From the NCBI GenBank assembly GCA_964597355.1, contig CAZQWS010000002.1, forward strand, positions 34,262 through 98,261: a stretch of 64,000 nucleotides of DNA, written 5' to 3'. The translations under genes and the position numbers were made by a program. The notes under the pieces were generated by a model. It searched no databases, was not told the origin of the DNA, and saw nothing but the letters and a program-made list of their open reading frames with translations. Positions 1 to 9,824 of this stretch are shown one piece after another. Positions within the stretch are counted from its first letter, which is position 1; every line of letters begins with the position of its first letter. The stretch is from an uncultured Bdellovibrionales bacterium (GTDB lineage: Bacteria > Patescibacteriota > Minisyncoccia > Moranbacterales > UBA1568).

Positions 1-2
1 GA

Positions 3-596
3 ATGTCTCCTCTTTTCAACCAGGGGATAGAAGAACTGGCTCTAGTCAAACTCATCACAGGTATCTCCGTCATGATCAGACGGCCCTTTATCGAGACGGC
101 CAAACTAAATTTCCCAAACCTTTCTCTGGGTCTACATCTTGAACTTGAAGAATTATCGAGTATTAAGGAAATAGAAAACCAAATCATTTCTTTCCGAGAC
201 AAATTTGGGATGTTGCCTGCCTACCTCGACGGCCACCAGCATAAACATCTCACTAGCGGAAACCTCGCCCTCATTATTGAAGCAGCTCGCAAGTTTCATC
301 TTCCTGTGCGTTCTCGTTTCCAGGAAGATCGACGGATTCTCCGCGAACAATTCATTGTCACTCCAGACAACTTCATCTCCTGGCACCCAACTCGTACCAC
401 TACCCTCGCCAAACGGTTACGGTCAACCCAGGCTTTTCCCATCTCCGAACTCGTCGTTCATCCTGGTTATTTCGACCCTACCTGTGACTACCCATACAAC
501 CAAGAGCGTGAGTCTGAACTTGTCTTCCTAAAAAGTCCCTCCTTCCAAGAACTCGTCACTCTTTTTGAACTTACTTCTTACTCCGCTATCGCTTAA
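3..596 (+). CDS. YdjC/ChbG-family carbohydrate deacetylase-like protein, 5'-truncated at window edge
   Basis: ORF track; motifs DGHQHKH and VVHPGY resemble YdjC family metal-binding His motifs; ORF runs from the window start. Confidence 0.45.
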   Translation: MSPLFNQGIEELALVKLITGISVMIRRPFIETAKLNFPNLSLGLHLELEELSSIKEIENQIISFRDKFGMLPAYLDGHQHKHLTSGNLALIIEAARKFHLPVRSRFQEDRRILREQFIVTPDNFISWHPTRTTTLAKRLRSTQAFPISELVVHPGYFDPTCDYPYNQERESELVFLKSPSFQELVTLFELTSYSAIA

Positions 597-649
597 AAGT
601 TTCTTTTAAGAACTCATTTTTTGTGCTATAACAAAGGCACTTAGTTTAT

Positions 650-3232
650 GTGCTTAACGTGCCTTTTATGCCTTATTGGAGCCCAAAAATGACCTTTTCG
701 CGTAAAAATTCTGTCCCAAAGCGAGAACTCCTCCTTCCTCCCCGCGCAGCCCGACTTAAAAGACTTTGGCCATGGAAAAAAATCCTTCGTTTTGGCGGCC
801 TAGCCTTTTTGGGTGTCGCTATCCTTGTTGGTGGTGCCTTCGCTTACTTCGCCAAAGATCTCCCCAGCCCAGGCAATTTCCGTGAGCGGATAGTAGCTGA
901 ATCAACCAAAATTTATGATCGCTCCGGTACCCATCTCCTCTACGAAGTGCATGGGGAGGAGAAACGCACCGTCATCCCTTTCGCTGACATGCCAGACGTG
1001 GTGAAATATGCGACTATCTCCCTTGAAGACCAAGATTTTTACCATCACTTTGGGGTGAAGTTCACTTCCATCTTGCGAGCCATCCTTAAAGACATCGTCA
1101 CTCTCGACAAGGCGCAAGGAGGTTCAACCATCACCCAGCAGCTCGTCAAAAATACCCTCCTCTCCAACGAAAAATCAATCGCTCGTAAGATCAAGGAAGT
1201 TATCCTCGCTTTTGAACTTGAGGCCAAATATTCCAAGGATGAAATTCTCGAGATGTATCTCAATGAAATCCCGTATGGCTCTAATGCGTATGGGATTGAA
1301 GCCGCTGCACAGACATTCTTTGGAAAGCCGGCTCGAGAGCTTGCTCTCGATGAAGCTGCTCTCCTCGCCGCTCTCCCTCAAGCTACAACCTACTACTCTC
1401 CTTATGGTTCACGTACCGAAGCGCTCGCTGGTCGCCAATCCTACACTCTCAAACAAATGGCAGACCTCGGCTATATCACTCCCGAACAGCGAGATGAAGC
1501 CACCATCATTGATACCCTGGAGAAAATTCAACCACAGAAGGATATCATCGCCGCCCCCCACTTTGTCATGTATATCAAAGAATACCTTCAGGAGCGCTTC
1601 GGTGACCGAGCAGTCGAGGAGGGCGGCTACAAAGTTATCACTACTCTTGATTGGGATAAACAACAAATAGCTGAAAAGGTGGTTCGCGAAGGAGCTGAAA
1701 AAAATAAAATTTGGAATGCTTCCAACGCCGCTCTCGTAGCAATCGACCCCAAGAATGGCCAGATTCTCTCTATGGTAGGATCCAAAGACTACTTTGACGT
1801 CACTGTCGATGGTCAGGTCAATGTGGCTACTCGCGAACGCCAGCCAGGTTCTTCATTTAAACCGTATGTGTATCTCACTGCCTTTACCAAAGGCTACACC
1901 CCTGAGACACTCCTCTACGATGTGGAAACGGAGTTTGAAACTGAAGAAGGTAAAAGCTACAAACCCCAAAACTACGATGGGAAATTCCGCGGCCCACTTC
2001 CCATAAAAGAAGCTTTGGCCCAATCCCTCAACGTCCCAGCTGTTAAAACTCTCTACCTCGTAGGTGTCACTGAAGCTATCGCTCTTGCCAAAAATCTCGG
2101 TATTGAAGGACTTAATGATCCCAAACGCCTCGGTCTCTCACTTGTTCTCGGAGGAGGTGAAATACGTCTCCTTGACCATGTTCACGCGTATGCCACTCTT
2201 GCTAATGGTGGAATCAAACAGCCTATGGCGGCTATCCTCCGTATTGAAGACGCTCGAGGAGAAACCATCGAAGCCTTTACCAACACCCCTGGGGAACGAG
2301 TTATCGAGGAAAAGTATGTCACCATGCTCGAACATGTCATGTCAACCAATAGCTACCGCGCGCCAGTGTTTGGCGACAAGAGCCCCCTCGCCTTTAGTGA
2401 TCGAGATGTGGCTGCAAAAACTGGTACCACTAATGAATTCCGTGACGGTTGGACACTTGGATTTACTCCATCACTCGCGGTAGGTGTTTGGGCTGGCAAT
2501 AATGATAACAGCTCTATGAAGGAAGGAGCAGATGGTGTCAATGTAGCTGCTCCCATCTGGCGTGCCTATCTCAATGAAACGCTCACGAATTCTAGTAAAG
2601 AACGTTTCCCTAAATACGAAGAGGAAAAAGGTCTTACCACCCCACTCCTGAATGGCAAGATGGAGGAGGAGAAAAACCTCGATGTGTGTAATATCCCTGG
2701 TGAAGACGACAAATACTGCCTGGCCAACAAATACTGCCCTGAAGACGAACGTAAAGAGCGGGATTTTGTTGAAGCCCACGATATCCTTCACTATGTTAAT
2801 CGACTCAACCCACGAGGAGAGAAACCCAAGGATCCAGAAAATGACCCACAGTACAAGAATTGGGAGAAAGCGGTGCGTGATTGGTATAAAAAGAAAAAAA
2901 ACAAAGATACTATTACCGAAGAAGCTCCTGAAAAAGAATGTAGTGAAGATGATTTTAAGAAATACCGGCCAAGTATCACTCTTACAACACCCAGTTCCAC
3001 TAATTCAAATACACTTACCATCGAAGCAGATGCTACCGCGCCCTACGGCGTAGAAAAAGTCACTTTTTCAGTGGACGGTGACACGGTTGGCGAACGAAGA
3101 GAGAAACCCTTCCAGGTTTCTTATGAGATCCCCCCTAGTAAAAACAATGGCACAATCGACATAGAAGTAGTCTTGGAAGATAAAAATGGAAATACGGTAG
3201 ATGTTCGACAAGAAGTCTCTGTGAGCTACTAA
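650..3232 (+). CDS. Class A penicillin-binding protein (PBP1A; GT51 transglycosylase + transpeptidase) with Cys-rich linker and C-terminal Ig-like extension
   Basis: GT51 motif EDQDFYHHFGV, transpeptidase SSFKP and KTGTT motifs, N-terminal TM helix; true start more likely the ATG at 689 (MTFSRK...) just before the TM segment. Confidence 0.9.
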   Translation: MLNVPFMPYWSPKMTFSRKNSVPKRELLLPPRAARLKRLWPWKKILRFGGLAFLGVAILVGGAFAYFAKDLPSPGNFRERIVAESTKIYDRSGTHLLYEVHGEEKRTVIPFADMPDVVKYATISLEDQDFYHHFGVKFTSILRAILKDIVTLDKAQGGSTITQQLVKNTLLSNEKSIARKIKEVILAFELEAKYSKDEILEMYLNEIPYGSNAYGIEAAAQTFFGKPARELALDEAALLAALPQATTYYSPYGSRTEALAGRQSYTLKQMADLGYITPEQRDEATIIDTLEKIQPQKDIIAAPHFVMYIKEYLQERFGDRAVEEGGYKVITTLDWDKQQIAEKVVREGAEKNKIWNASNAALVAIDPKNGQILSMVGSKDYFDVTVDGQVNVATRERQPGSSFKPYVYLTAFTKGYTPETLLYDVETEFETEEGKSYKPQNYDGKFRGPLPIKEALAQSLNVPAVKTLYLVGVTEAIALAKNLGIEGLNDPKRLGLSLVLGGGEIRLLDHVHAYATLANGGIKQPMAAILRIEDARGETIEAFTNTPGERVIEEKYVTMLEHVMSTNSYRAPVFGDKSPLAFSDRDVAAKTGTTNEFRDGWTLGFTPSLAVGVWAGNNDNSSMKEGADGVNVAAPIWRAYLNETLTNSSKERFPKYEEEKGLTTPLLNGKMEEEKNLDVCNIPGEDDKYCLANKYCPEDERKERDFVEAHDILHYVNRLNPRGEKPKDPENDPQYKNWEKAVRDWYKKKKNKDTITEEAPEKECSEDDFKKYRPSITLTTPSSTNSNTLTIEADATAPYGVEKVTFSVDGDTVGERREKPFQVSYEIPPSKNNGTIDIEVVLEDKNGNTVDVRQEVSVSY

Positions 3233-3237
3233 CGTGC

Positions 3238-3561
3238 CTACTCATCAGCGTGCAGGCCATGCAAAATACGTAGTTCAAGTACGGCGTCTGACCCGACTTC
3301 TTGATTGATACGCCTGCACAGTTCTTTTTCTTGGATCAAAAGCTCATTAGCCCAAAGAGGGCTAGCTACTTTTATGGAAAGTACTCTTTTTTCATACTGT
3401 GCAGGGTGGATCACTCCACCACCACGTTTCCCGTAAAATTCTCGTACAATCCGGCTAAAAAGGAAAAAAATTGTTTTAGCGTCTAGCAATTTTTCTCTCC
3501 CTGACTGTGTAGGGAGGGCTTGTTCTTGTTTTTGTTGAAACAAATGCCCAAGTGAACGCAT
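3238..3561 (-). CDS. DUF721 / DciA-like protein (putative replicative helicase loader) downstream of dnaN
   Basis: 107-aa ORF; conserved position immediately after dnaN; C-terminal ...LWANELLIQEKELCRRINQEVG... resembles the DUF721 signature. Confidence 0.45.
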   Translation of the reverse strand: MRSLGHLFQQKQEQALPTQSGREKLLDAKTIFFLFSRIVREFYGKRGGGVIHPAQYEKRVLSIKVASPLWANELLIQEKELCRRINQEVGSDAVLELRILHGLHADE

Positions 3562-3563
3562 AA

Positions 3564-4703
3564 CTATTTTCTAATCGGCATAACAAGGTAAAAGTGACTC
3601 TTAGGGACATCTCCAGTAATCAAAATTGGCGTATCCTTGCTGTTCATATGAAAAGTAACCAAGTCTCCTGAAAGCGTGTTCACCCCTTCAAGCACATGCC
3701 GCGCCTGAAACACCAACTCTATATCTTCAAGTAATGGATTTTCAAGTCGTACTCGCGTACGCTGTTCACCTACTCCAGAAGAAAATGTTGCCACCTCTAA
3801 AACCTCACCTTCAGTAAGAAAACGACATTTCACCTCACCTGAACCATATTGAGAAAAGGTAGTCGCCATTTTGAGCGCCCGGATAAGCTCTTGTTTATTC
3901 ACTTTTACCTCCAAACGAAACTCTTGAGGAAGAATTTGTTGATATTCTGGGTAGCGCCCTTGAATAACCCTCGATACAACCCGTGTACTCCCCACAGCAA
4001 AAAATATTTGATTTTCTTGGATTACCACCCCCACATTATCTTGTCCTTTTTGGAAAATACGCACAATCTCTTGTAAGGTATCAACTGGCAAAATAATATT
4101 CCCGCCTTGTTCTTCAAGAAACCGAGTTAACAACACTTGCTGTTCGCTCTCTAACCCCTCTAAAGTGTATTCAGCGAGACGAAAGCTATCAGTAGCAGCT
4201 ATATGTACCCCCCGAGGTGAAATAGACAAGCAGACCCCTGTAAGTTCTATTCGACTTTCATTATGAGAAACCGCAAAAGCTACCTTCTGAAGTGCTTCTT
4301 CTAAAACAGCCCCATTAATCTGCACTGTATATTCTCCGGTATATTCAGGAATAATAGGGAAGTCTTTACTTTCAACACTTTGAATGCGAATTTCATCCTT
4401 CCCATTCTCTACTACCATTTGATTACTTTCCTGGTGAATCTCAATTACCTGATCTGGATCAAGGTTTTGGATAAAATGAGTTAAAAGCTTAGCTGGCACC
4501 ACTATTTTCCCTTTTTCCTCAATCTTGGCTCCAAAAAAAGTCACCACACCAATCTCAAGATTGGTTGCTGAAAGCTTTAACTTTCCTTGTTCGGCCTCAA
4601 AAAGAATATTACTGAGTATTGGAAGATGACTTTGTTTACCTACAACCCACTCTAGGTAGGTAAGTACTGTGAGAAGGTTTTCATGAGTACAGGAGAATTT
4701 CAT
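3564..4703 (-). CDS. dnaN: DNA polymerase III beta sliding clamp
   Basis: 379 aa; N-terminus MKFSCTHENLLTVL...LPILSNILFEAEQGKLKLSATNLEIG typical of DnaN; follows dnaA. Confidence 0.9.
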   Translation of the reverse strand: MKFSCTHENLLTVLTYLEWVVGKQSHLPILSNILFEAEQGKLKLSATNLEIGVVTFFGAKIEEKGKIVVPAKLLTHFIQNLDPDQVIEIHQESNQMVVENGKDEIRIQSVESKDFPIIPEYTGEYTVQINGAVLEEALQKVAFAVSHNESRIELTGVCLSISPRGVHIAATDSFRLAEYTLEGLESEQQVLLTRFLEEQGGNIILPVDTLQEIVRIFQKGQDNVGVVIQENQIFFAVGSTRVVSRVIQGRYPEYQQILPQEFRLEVKVNKQELIRALKMATTFSQYGSGEVKCRFLTEGEVLEVATFSSGVGEQRTRVRLENPLLEDIELVFQARHVLEGVNTLSGDLVTFHMNSKDTPILITGDVPKSHFYLVMPIRK

Positions 4704-4948
4704 AAACGGTAATAGTGTATAAAGTAATTATATTAAATATTATTGCTATTATTACTTTTGTGGATTTCTGGATAAGTGTATTTGAGACTTTAGATAAAAC
4801 TTTTTCATACAGGAAGGGCGGTGTGGGTAAATATTAGAAACTTTGGGTAATTCTTGGTGTGTCTATTGGAAGAAAGAGTAATTAAGGGGTTATGCAGAGA
4901 TTATTCGATGGATATACCGAGTTATACAGACTTATCCACAAGGGATAA
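4704..4948. promoter_or_regulatory. AT-rich dnaA-dnaN intergenic region, candidate oriC segment / DNA unwinding element with DnaA-box-like 9-mers
   Basis: About 75% AT; TTGTGGATTTC (4757-4766) and CTGGATAAG resemble the DnaA box TTATCCACA/TGTGGATAA. Confidence 0.4.
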
Positions 4949-6370
4949 CTACCCGCGGAGGATGTTGATTCTCTCGAGGAGTGTGGAGAGTTCCTCCTTA
5001 ACACGAGTACGAGTTTCTTTTTCTTTGGCTATTTTTTCTACTGCATGGAGGACGGTAGTATGGTCTCTACCTCCGAAGTATTCTCCAATAGAAGAAAGTG
5101 GGGCTTCGAGTTCGGTTCTCATGAGGTACATAGCAACTTGCCTAGGATAAGCAATTTCTTTTTTACGGCCCTTTTTAACAAGGTCCTCTGGGGTGACATG
5201 ATAAAAATCCGTAATAAGGCTAGTGATATCTTCTGGAGTGAGCTTCTTTTTGTGTTGGAGGACACTGTCCCCAAGTACTTTTTGGACCAAAGAGAGACTG
5301 ATAGGTACGTGTTGGAGTTCGCTAAAAGCGGAAATCCGTGCCAGGGCACCTTCGAGCTCCCGCACGTTATTGGTAATATGTTCTGAGATGAAGTGGAGTG
5401 AGGCCGGATCAAGGGAGATTCCCTTCTCTTGAGCCTTAGCTTCGAGGATAGCCGCTCGAGTTTCAAGGTTGGGCCGACTAATATCAGCTATCATTCCTCC
5501 CTCAAAGCGAGAGCGAAGTCGTTCTTCGAGAGTGGGGATAGCTTTAGGAGGACGGTCACTGGAGATTACGATTTGCTTATTGATTTGGTAGAGAGCGTTA
5601 AAAATGTGGAAAAACTCATTTTGGGTTTTCTCACGACCGGAAAGAAATTGTACGTCATCGATAATAAGGAGGTCTATCTGTTCGTAAGCGGTCTTAAATT
5701 GATCAACTGACTGGTTTTTTATAGATTCGACTAATTCACTAGTGAAGCGTTCAGAAGTGATGTATTTTACACGCTTTTCAGGGGAATGTTTGAGAATCTC
5801 ATTCCCAAGGGACTGAATAAGATGGGTTTTCCCAAGTCCTACCCCGCCATAAATGAAAAGAGGGTTGTAGAGGTGCCCAAGGTTCTGGGATACAGCAAAA
5901 CAAGCAGCTCGAGCGAGTTCATTATTCTCAGCGACAATAAAATTCTCAAAAGTATAACGAGGGTTGAGGTTGTTTTTAAAAATGGAGGAAGAAGTAGTAG
6001 GAACATTGACAGAATCACCTATTTTCTTTCTAATAAAACTTGCTGATTGGTTAGGGTTGGTAAAAAATGGCTTAACCGCATCAATACTATTGACTACAAT
6101 ACCATTATGTGCCTTAGTCCTATTTTCTGGGACAATAGAACAACGAATCTCAGTGACTTCTGGGGTGAGGCTCTTGAGGGCCTTTAAGATGTAGAGGTTG
6201 TATTTATTCTCTAGCCATTCTTTCGCAAAACCATTAGGAACGGCGATAGTGGCCACTCCTTTTTCAAGTGAGAGGACAGTCGTGTTTTTGAACCAAGTAA
6301 CAAAATTAGCCCTAGAAAGAGAAAGTTCAATTTGGCCTAAGGCGGCTTCCCAAAGCTCTTCGTTGGTCAT
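4949..6370 (-). CDS. dnaA: Chromosomal replication initiator protein DnaA
   Basis: 473 aa; Walker A GGVGLGKTHL, AAA+ core and C-terminal DnaA-box-binding domain (ITNNVRELEGAL...). Confidence 0.95.
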   Translation of the reverse strand: MTNEELWEAALGQIELSLSRANFVTWFKNTTVLSLEKGVATIAVPNGFAKEWLENKYNLYILKALKSLTPEVTEIRCSIVPENRTKAHNGIVVNSIDAVKPFFTNPNQSASFIRKKIGDSVNVPTTSSSIFKNNLNPRYTFENFIVAENNELARAACFAVSQNLGHLYNPLFIYGGVGLGKTHLIQSLGNEILKHSPEKRVKYITSERFTSELVESIKNQSVDQFKTAYEQIDLLIIDDVQFLSGREKTQNEFFHIFNALYQINKQIVISSDRPPKAIPTLEERLRSRFEGGMIADISRPNLETRAAILEAKAQEKGISLDPASLHFISEHITNNVRELEGALARISAFSELQHVPISLSLVQKVLGDSVLQHKKKLTPEDITSLITDFYHVTPEDLVKKGRKKEIAYPRQVAMYLMRTELEAPLSSIGEYFGGRDHTTVLHAVEKIAKEKETRTRVKEELSTLLERINILRG

Positions 6371-6585
6371 ACCTTTTTAGAATAATGGCTTGAATAAAGG
6401 AATAACTTAGAAAATAGTGGATAAATCACAGTATATCATGGTGAGGGGAAACAATCACCTCTGAAAAGTTAATAATTTGTGGAGAAACTGTTCATAATGT
6501 GCGCAAAAATCAATAAGAGAAAAAGTACATTGACTTTTCTTGAGAGGTAAAATATACTGCTCTTGTTATTCGGTATCCATTCGTT
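6371..6585. promoter_or_regulatory. dnaA-rpmH divergent intergenic region: candidate oriC segment and divergent promoters
   Basis: DnaA-box-like 9-mers GTGGATAAA (6417-6425) and TGTGGAGAA (6478-6486); dnaA | rpmH-rnpA-yidC-jag synteny. Confidence 0.5.
6530..6558 (+). promoter_or_regulatory. Sigma-70-type promoter for the rpmH-rnpA-yidC-jag operon
   Basis: TTGACT (6530-6535), 17-nt spacer, TATACT (6553-6558), about 28 nt before the rpmH ATG. Confidence 0.5.
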
Positions 6586-6723
6586 ATGCCTAAAAGAACC
6601 TACCAACCAAAAACGCGCCGTCGAGCTCGCCGCCACGGTTTTTTGAAGCGCATGAGCACAAAAACCGGTCAGGTGGTTATCCAAAAACGTCGCCGCCAGG
6701 GCCGGAAGAAGCTTTCGGTCTAA
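6586..6723 (+). CDS. rpmH: 50S ribosomal protein L34
   Basis: 45 aa, absent from the ORF track because it is under 60 aa; translation [45 protein letters not shown] is canonical L34. Confidence 0.85.
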   Translation: MPKRTYQPKTRRRARRHGFLKRMSTKTGQVVIQKRRRQGRKKLSV

Positions 6724-6739
6724 ATTCTTCATTCAACCT

Positions 6740-7072
6740 ATGCTTGGAAAGCCCAATCGATTACGAGGGAAAAGGCTTTTTCAAGAAGTTTTTGCTCGTG
6801 GGAAACGGGTTTTTGTTGATGGAGTGGGTTGTTTTTCACTCCCCCTGAAAGATGGTACTCTAGTAGTAGGAGTGACATTCACTCAAAAAACTTTCCCTCA
6901 CGCAGTCACCCGCCATCAATACAAACGGCGGTTACTCCACTTGGTACGAGAAGAAATCCCCTCAATACCGCAAGGGAGGGCCATAGTTTTCCATTTCCAG
7001 CGGCCACTCCCGAGACTTTCTCCCCTAGTATTACGGAGCATTGTCCAAAAACTTTTGTATCGTTCACTCTAA
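6740..7072 (+). CDS. rnpA: Ribonuclease P protein component
   Basis: 110 aa basic protein following rpmH; NRLRGKRLFQEVFARGKR motif. Confidence 0.85.
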   Translation: MLGKPNRLRGKRLFQEVFARGKRVFVDGVGCFSLPLKDGTLVVGVTFTQKTFPHAVTRHQYKRRLLHLVREEIPSIPQGRAIVFHFQRPLPRLSPLVLRSIVQKLLYRSL

Positions 7073-7086
7073 ACAGCATCTTTTCT

Positions 7087-7836
7087 ATGAGCACTTTGTA
7101 CCACGCTTTTATCTACGATCCTCTCTATAATGCTCTTGTTTTTTTCTATGATGTTTTCCCGTTTCAGGATTTCGGGGTCGCTATCATTCTTACGACCGTT
7201 TTAATCAAGGGAGTCTTCTACGGGCTTTCTCGAAAGCAGATAGAATCCCAGAAAAAGATGCAAGAGGTTCAGCCGAAGATCAAGGCACTTCAGGAACGAT
7301 ATAAAGATGACAAGGAAAAACAAACTCGGGCGATTATGGAGTGCTATAAAGAAAACAAAGTTAACCCTTTTGCTGGCTGTTTCCCGCTCATTGTTCAACT
7401 GGTGTTTTTCATTGCTTTTTATCAAGTGATTATTAGCTTCACAGGGAATGATTTCAAAATAGACGCGGCAAATCTCTATTCTTTTCTGCCCAATCCCGAA
7501 ACAGTGCATACGGAAGCCTTTGGATTCCTTGACCTTGTCAAAGCAGCTCCCTGGCTCGGGGCACTTGCGGCTTTGGCCCAGTATTTTCAGACCAAGATGC
7601 TGCTTCCCCACACTATGCCAGCTAAGAAAGAGGGGGGAAAGTCTGATATGGCTCAAGATATGGCTCAGATGATGGGGAAACAGATGCTCTATATTGGTCC
7701 AGCACTTATTTTCTTCTTTAGCTTCCAATTTCCGGCAGCTCTTTCGCTCTACTGGCTAGTCTCAACGCTCCTTTCATGGGGGCAGCAGAAGCTTATTTTT
7801 GATCGGCACCAACAAACTTCTTCTCATAGCGTATAA
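7087..7836 (+). CDS. yidC: Membrane protein insertase YidC (short form)
   Basis: The ORF-track frame 6829-7836 carries an unsupported 5' extension; the ATG at 7087 (MSTLYHAF...) gives about 249 aa with the conserved KALQERYKDDKEKQTRAIMECYKENKVNPFAGCFPLIVQ core; no yidD present. Confidence 0.85.
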   Translation: MSTLYHAFIYDPLYNALVFFYDVFPFQDFGVAIILTTVLIKGVFYGLSRKQIESQKKMQEVQPKIKALQERYKDDKEKQTRAIMECYKENKVNPFAGCFPLIVQLVFFIAFYQVIISFTGNDFKIDAANLYSFLPNPETVHTEAFGFLDLVKAAPWLGALAALAQYFQTKMLLPHTMPAKKEGGKSDMAQDMAQMMGKQMLYIGPALIFFFSFQFPAALSLYWLVSTLLSWGQQKLIFDRHQQTSSHSV

Positions 7837-7845
7837 ACCTCACCT

Positions 7846-8358
7846 ATGATTCCTCTCTCACCTCGAGAATCACTCTCTCTTCAAACCAAAGACTTGCTCC
7901 AACGGTTAGGTTTCATGGCCCAAGTTTCTGTAAGCGAAAAAGCTCTTCCAGAAGATCGGGTAGAATACCACTGTGATATTCAGGTAGCTGAAGGACAACA
8001 CCTTTTGATCGGACAACATGGAGCCAATCTTCAGGCTTTGCTCCACCTCTTACGGTTGCTTACGCGAACATCCCTTCCAGAACGAGCGGTGCTTAGTATT
8101 GATCTCAATCATTATTTTGCTGAAAAAAAGAGCTTCCTTGAACAAGAAACTATGCGGACAGTCAAAGAAGTAGTAGAAACGGGTCTCCCTATGGCCCTCC
8201 GACCGATGGTGGCCTATGAACGGAAATTGGTACACACCTTCCTTGCTTCCCATGACCGAGTCATGACAGAGAGCGTTGGGAGTGGCGAAGAACGTAAAGT
8301 CCTGATTCGTTTACGTGGAGAAAAGCCACTTGAAGAGTCCTCAGCTTCACACGAATAG
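7846..8358 (+). CDS. jag: Jag/KhpB-like RNA-binding protein (Jag_N, KH, R3H domains)
   Basis: 170 aa; R3H-like region RKLVHTFLASHDRVMTESVGSGEERKVLIRL; conserved position after yidC. Confidence 0.8.
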   Translation: MIPLSPRESLSLQTKDLLQRLGFMAQVSVSEKALPEDRVEYHCDIQVAEGQHLLIGQHGANLQALLHLLRLLTRTSLPERAVLSIDLNHYFAEKKSFLEQETMRTVKEVVETGLPMALRPMVAYERKLVHTFLASHDRVMTESVGSGEERKVLIRLRGEKPLEESSASHE

Positions 8359-8372
8359 AGTAGAATGGATTC

Positions 8373-9824
8373 ATGGCCCTGGCACGAAAAATTGCCTATA
8401 ATGTCGTTTTCAATTCGACCCTCAAGGTAGTCTCGACTGTTTTTATCGCGCTTCTCTCGATCCGGCTTATTACAGGGTACCTTGGGCAAGAAGGTTTTGG
8501 TGAGTATGCTACCGTACTGGCATTCTTTGCATTTTTTGGGGCGATTGGCGATCTTGGACTCGCTCATATAACTGCCAGAGAAATCGCGAAGCCCCAAGTT
8601 GATGAATCAACTATCCTTGGAAAGGTAGTGGCCCTGCGCCTCATAGCAAGTCTTGCACTTATTGTGGTGGCTCCACTGGCCCTATTCTTCCTGCACTATC
8701 GACACGAGGTAAAGGAAGGCATCATGATCGCTGTCGTTGCTTTACTGTTTGCCCAACTCTCCACCCTCCTCAACTCGTTGTATCAAAAACGATTAGCTAT
8801 GGATCGAGTGGCTCTCGTGGAGTTTGTAGGGAAAGGCCTCCAACTCGGGCTCATTTACACAGTTGTTCGCTTTGACCTTGGATTTACGGCGCTAGTTGGA
8901 GTGCTCTTGGCCAACATGTGTTTCAATGCGGCAGTCGTATTTTTGCTCTCGCGACCGCTCGTGAAGTTCTCACTTCATTTTGACATTCCTTTTTGGAAGA
9001 TTTTTCTCAAAGACACTCTTCCTCTAGGGGCTATGGCTTTTATCACTTTTCTTTATTTCAAAATGGATACTATCCTCCTCTCCATCCTGCAACCAGCTGC
9101 CGAGGTAGGCATTTACAACGTGGCCTACAAAATCATGGAGAACCTGATTTTCTTCCCAGCGATGTTGGTGGGACTCATTCTCCCACTACTCTCTCGGGCA
9201 TACCATAGTGAACGGGCCCGATTTGAAGAAATTGCTAACAAGACAGTCAAGGTGTTCTGTATCTTGGTTCTTCCGGTGGTTATTGGGACAGTGTTTCTTG
9301 CTCCGGATATTGTACGGATTGTGAGTGGGACAAGTTTTGAAGCTTCAGCGGGAGTTCTCCAGATCCTCGCCTTTTCTCTAGCGGGTATTTTCTTTGGGCA
9401 TTACTTCAATATGCTTATTCTGGTGGGGAACGCCCAAAAAAAACTGATGTATCTTTTACTTGGGATAGCGATAGTCAATATTAGTCTCAACATCTTTCTT
9501 ATCCAAATATTCTCTTACCGTGGAGCAGCTATCGCTTCAGCCGCAACCGAACTACTCGTCGTGTTGGTTTCTGCCGGGCTGGTTTGGAAGGCTTTACATT
9601 TCTTCCCGAAACCTGACCGCCTGCTCCCAATACTCTTTTCAGCCTTTGTGATGGTGGTTACACTCATGCTGCTTTCCTCAGCCACCTTTCTTATTGCGGG
9701 GGGTGGAGCAGTATTGATGTACGCACTTTCCCTCTGGGGATTTCGGGCCATTACCCCAGAAGAGCTAGCCAGTGTTTTTGCTGGTCGTTCAAACGAAGAG
9801 ACGCCTGATCCGGCGCTCTGGTGA
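8373..9824 (+). CDS. Polysaccharide biosynthesis protein / Wzx-like flippase (MOP superfamily)
   Basis: 483 aa, about 12-14 predicted TM helices, typical MOP flippase composition. Confidence 0.75.
   Translation: MALARKIAYNVVFNSTLKVVSTVFIALLSIRLITGYLGQEGFGEYATVLAFFAFFGAIGDLGLAHITAREIAKPQVDESTILGKVVALRLIASLALIVVAPLALFFLHYRHEVKEGIMIAVVALLFAQLSTLLNSLYQKRLAMDRVALVEFVGKGLQLGLIYTVVRFDLGFTALVGVLLANMCFNAAVVFLLSRPLVKFSLHFDIPFWKIFLKDTLPLGAMAFITFLYFKMDTILLSILQPAAEVGIYNVAYKIMENLIFFPAMLVGLILPLLSRAYHSERARFEEIANKTVKVFCILVLPVVIGTVFLAPDIVRIVSGTSFEASAGVLQILAFSLAGIFFGHYFNMLILVGNAQKKLMYLLLGIAIVNISLNIFLIQIFSYRGAAIASAATELLVVLVSAGLVWKALHFFPKPDRLLPILFSAFVMVVTLMLLSSATFLIAGGGAVLMYALSLWGFRAITPEELASVFAGRSNEETPDPALW

Noticed and set aside
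6829-7086. 5' extension of the yidC frame (ORF track 6829-7836) overlapping rnpA
   Set aside because: The extension has no YidC or YidD similarity and overlaps rnpA in another frame; the conserved YidC sequence begins at the ATG at 7087.
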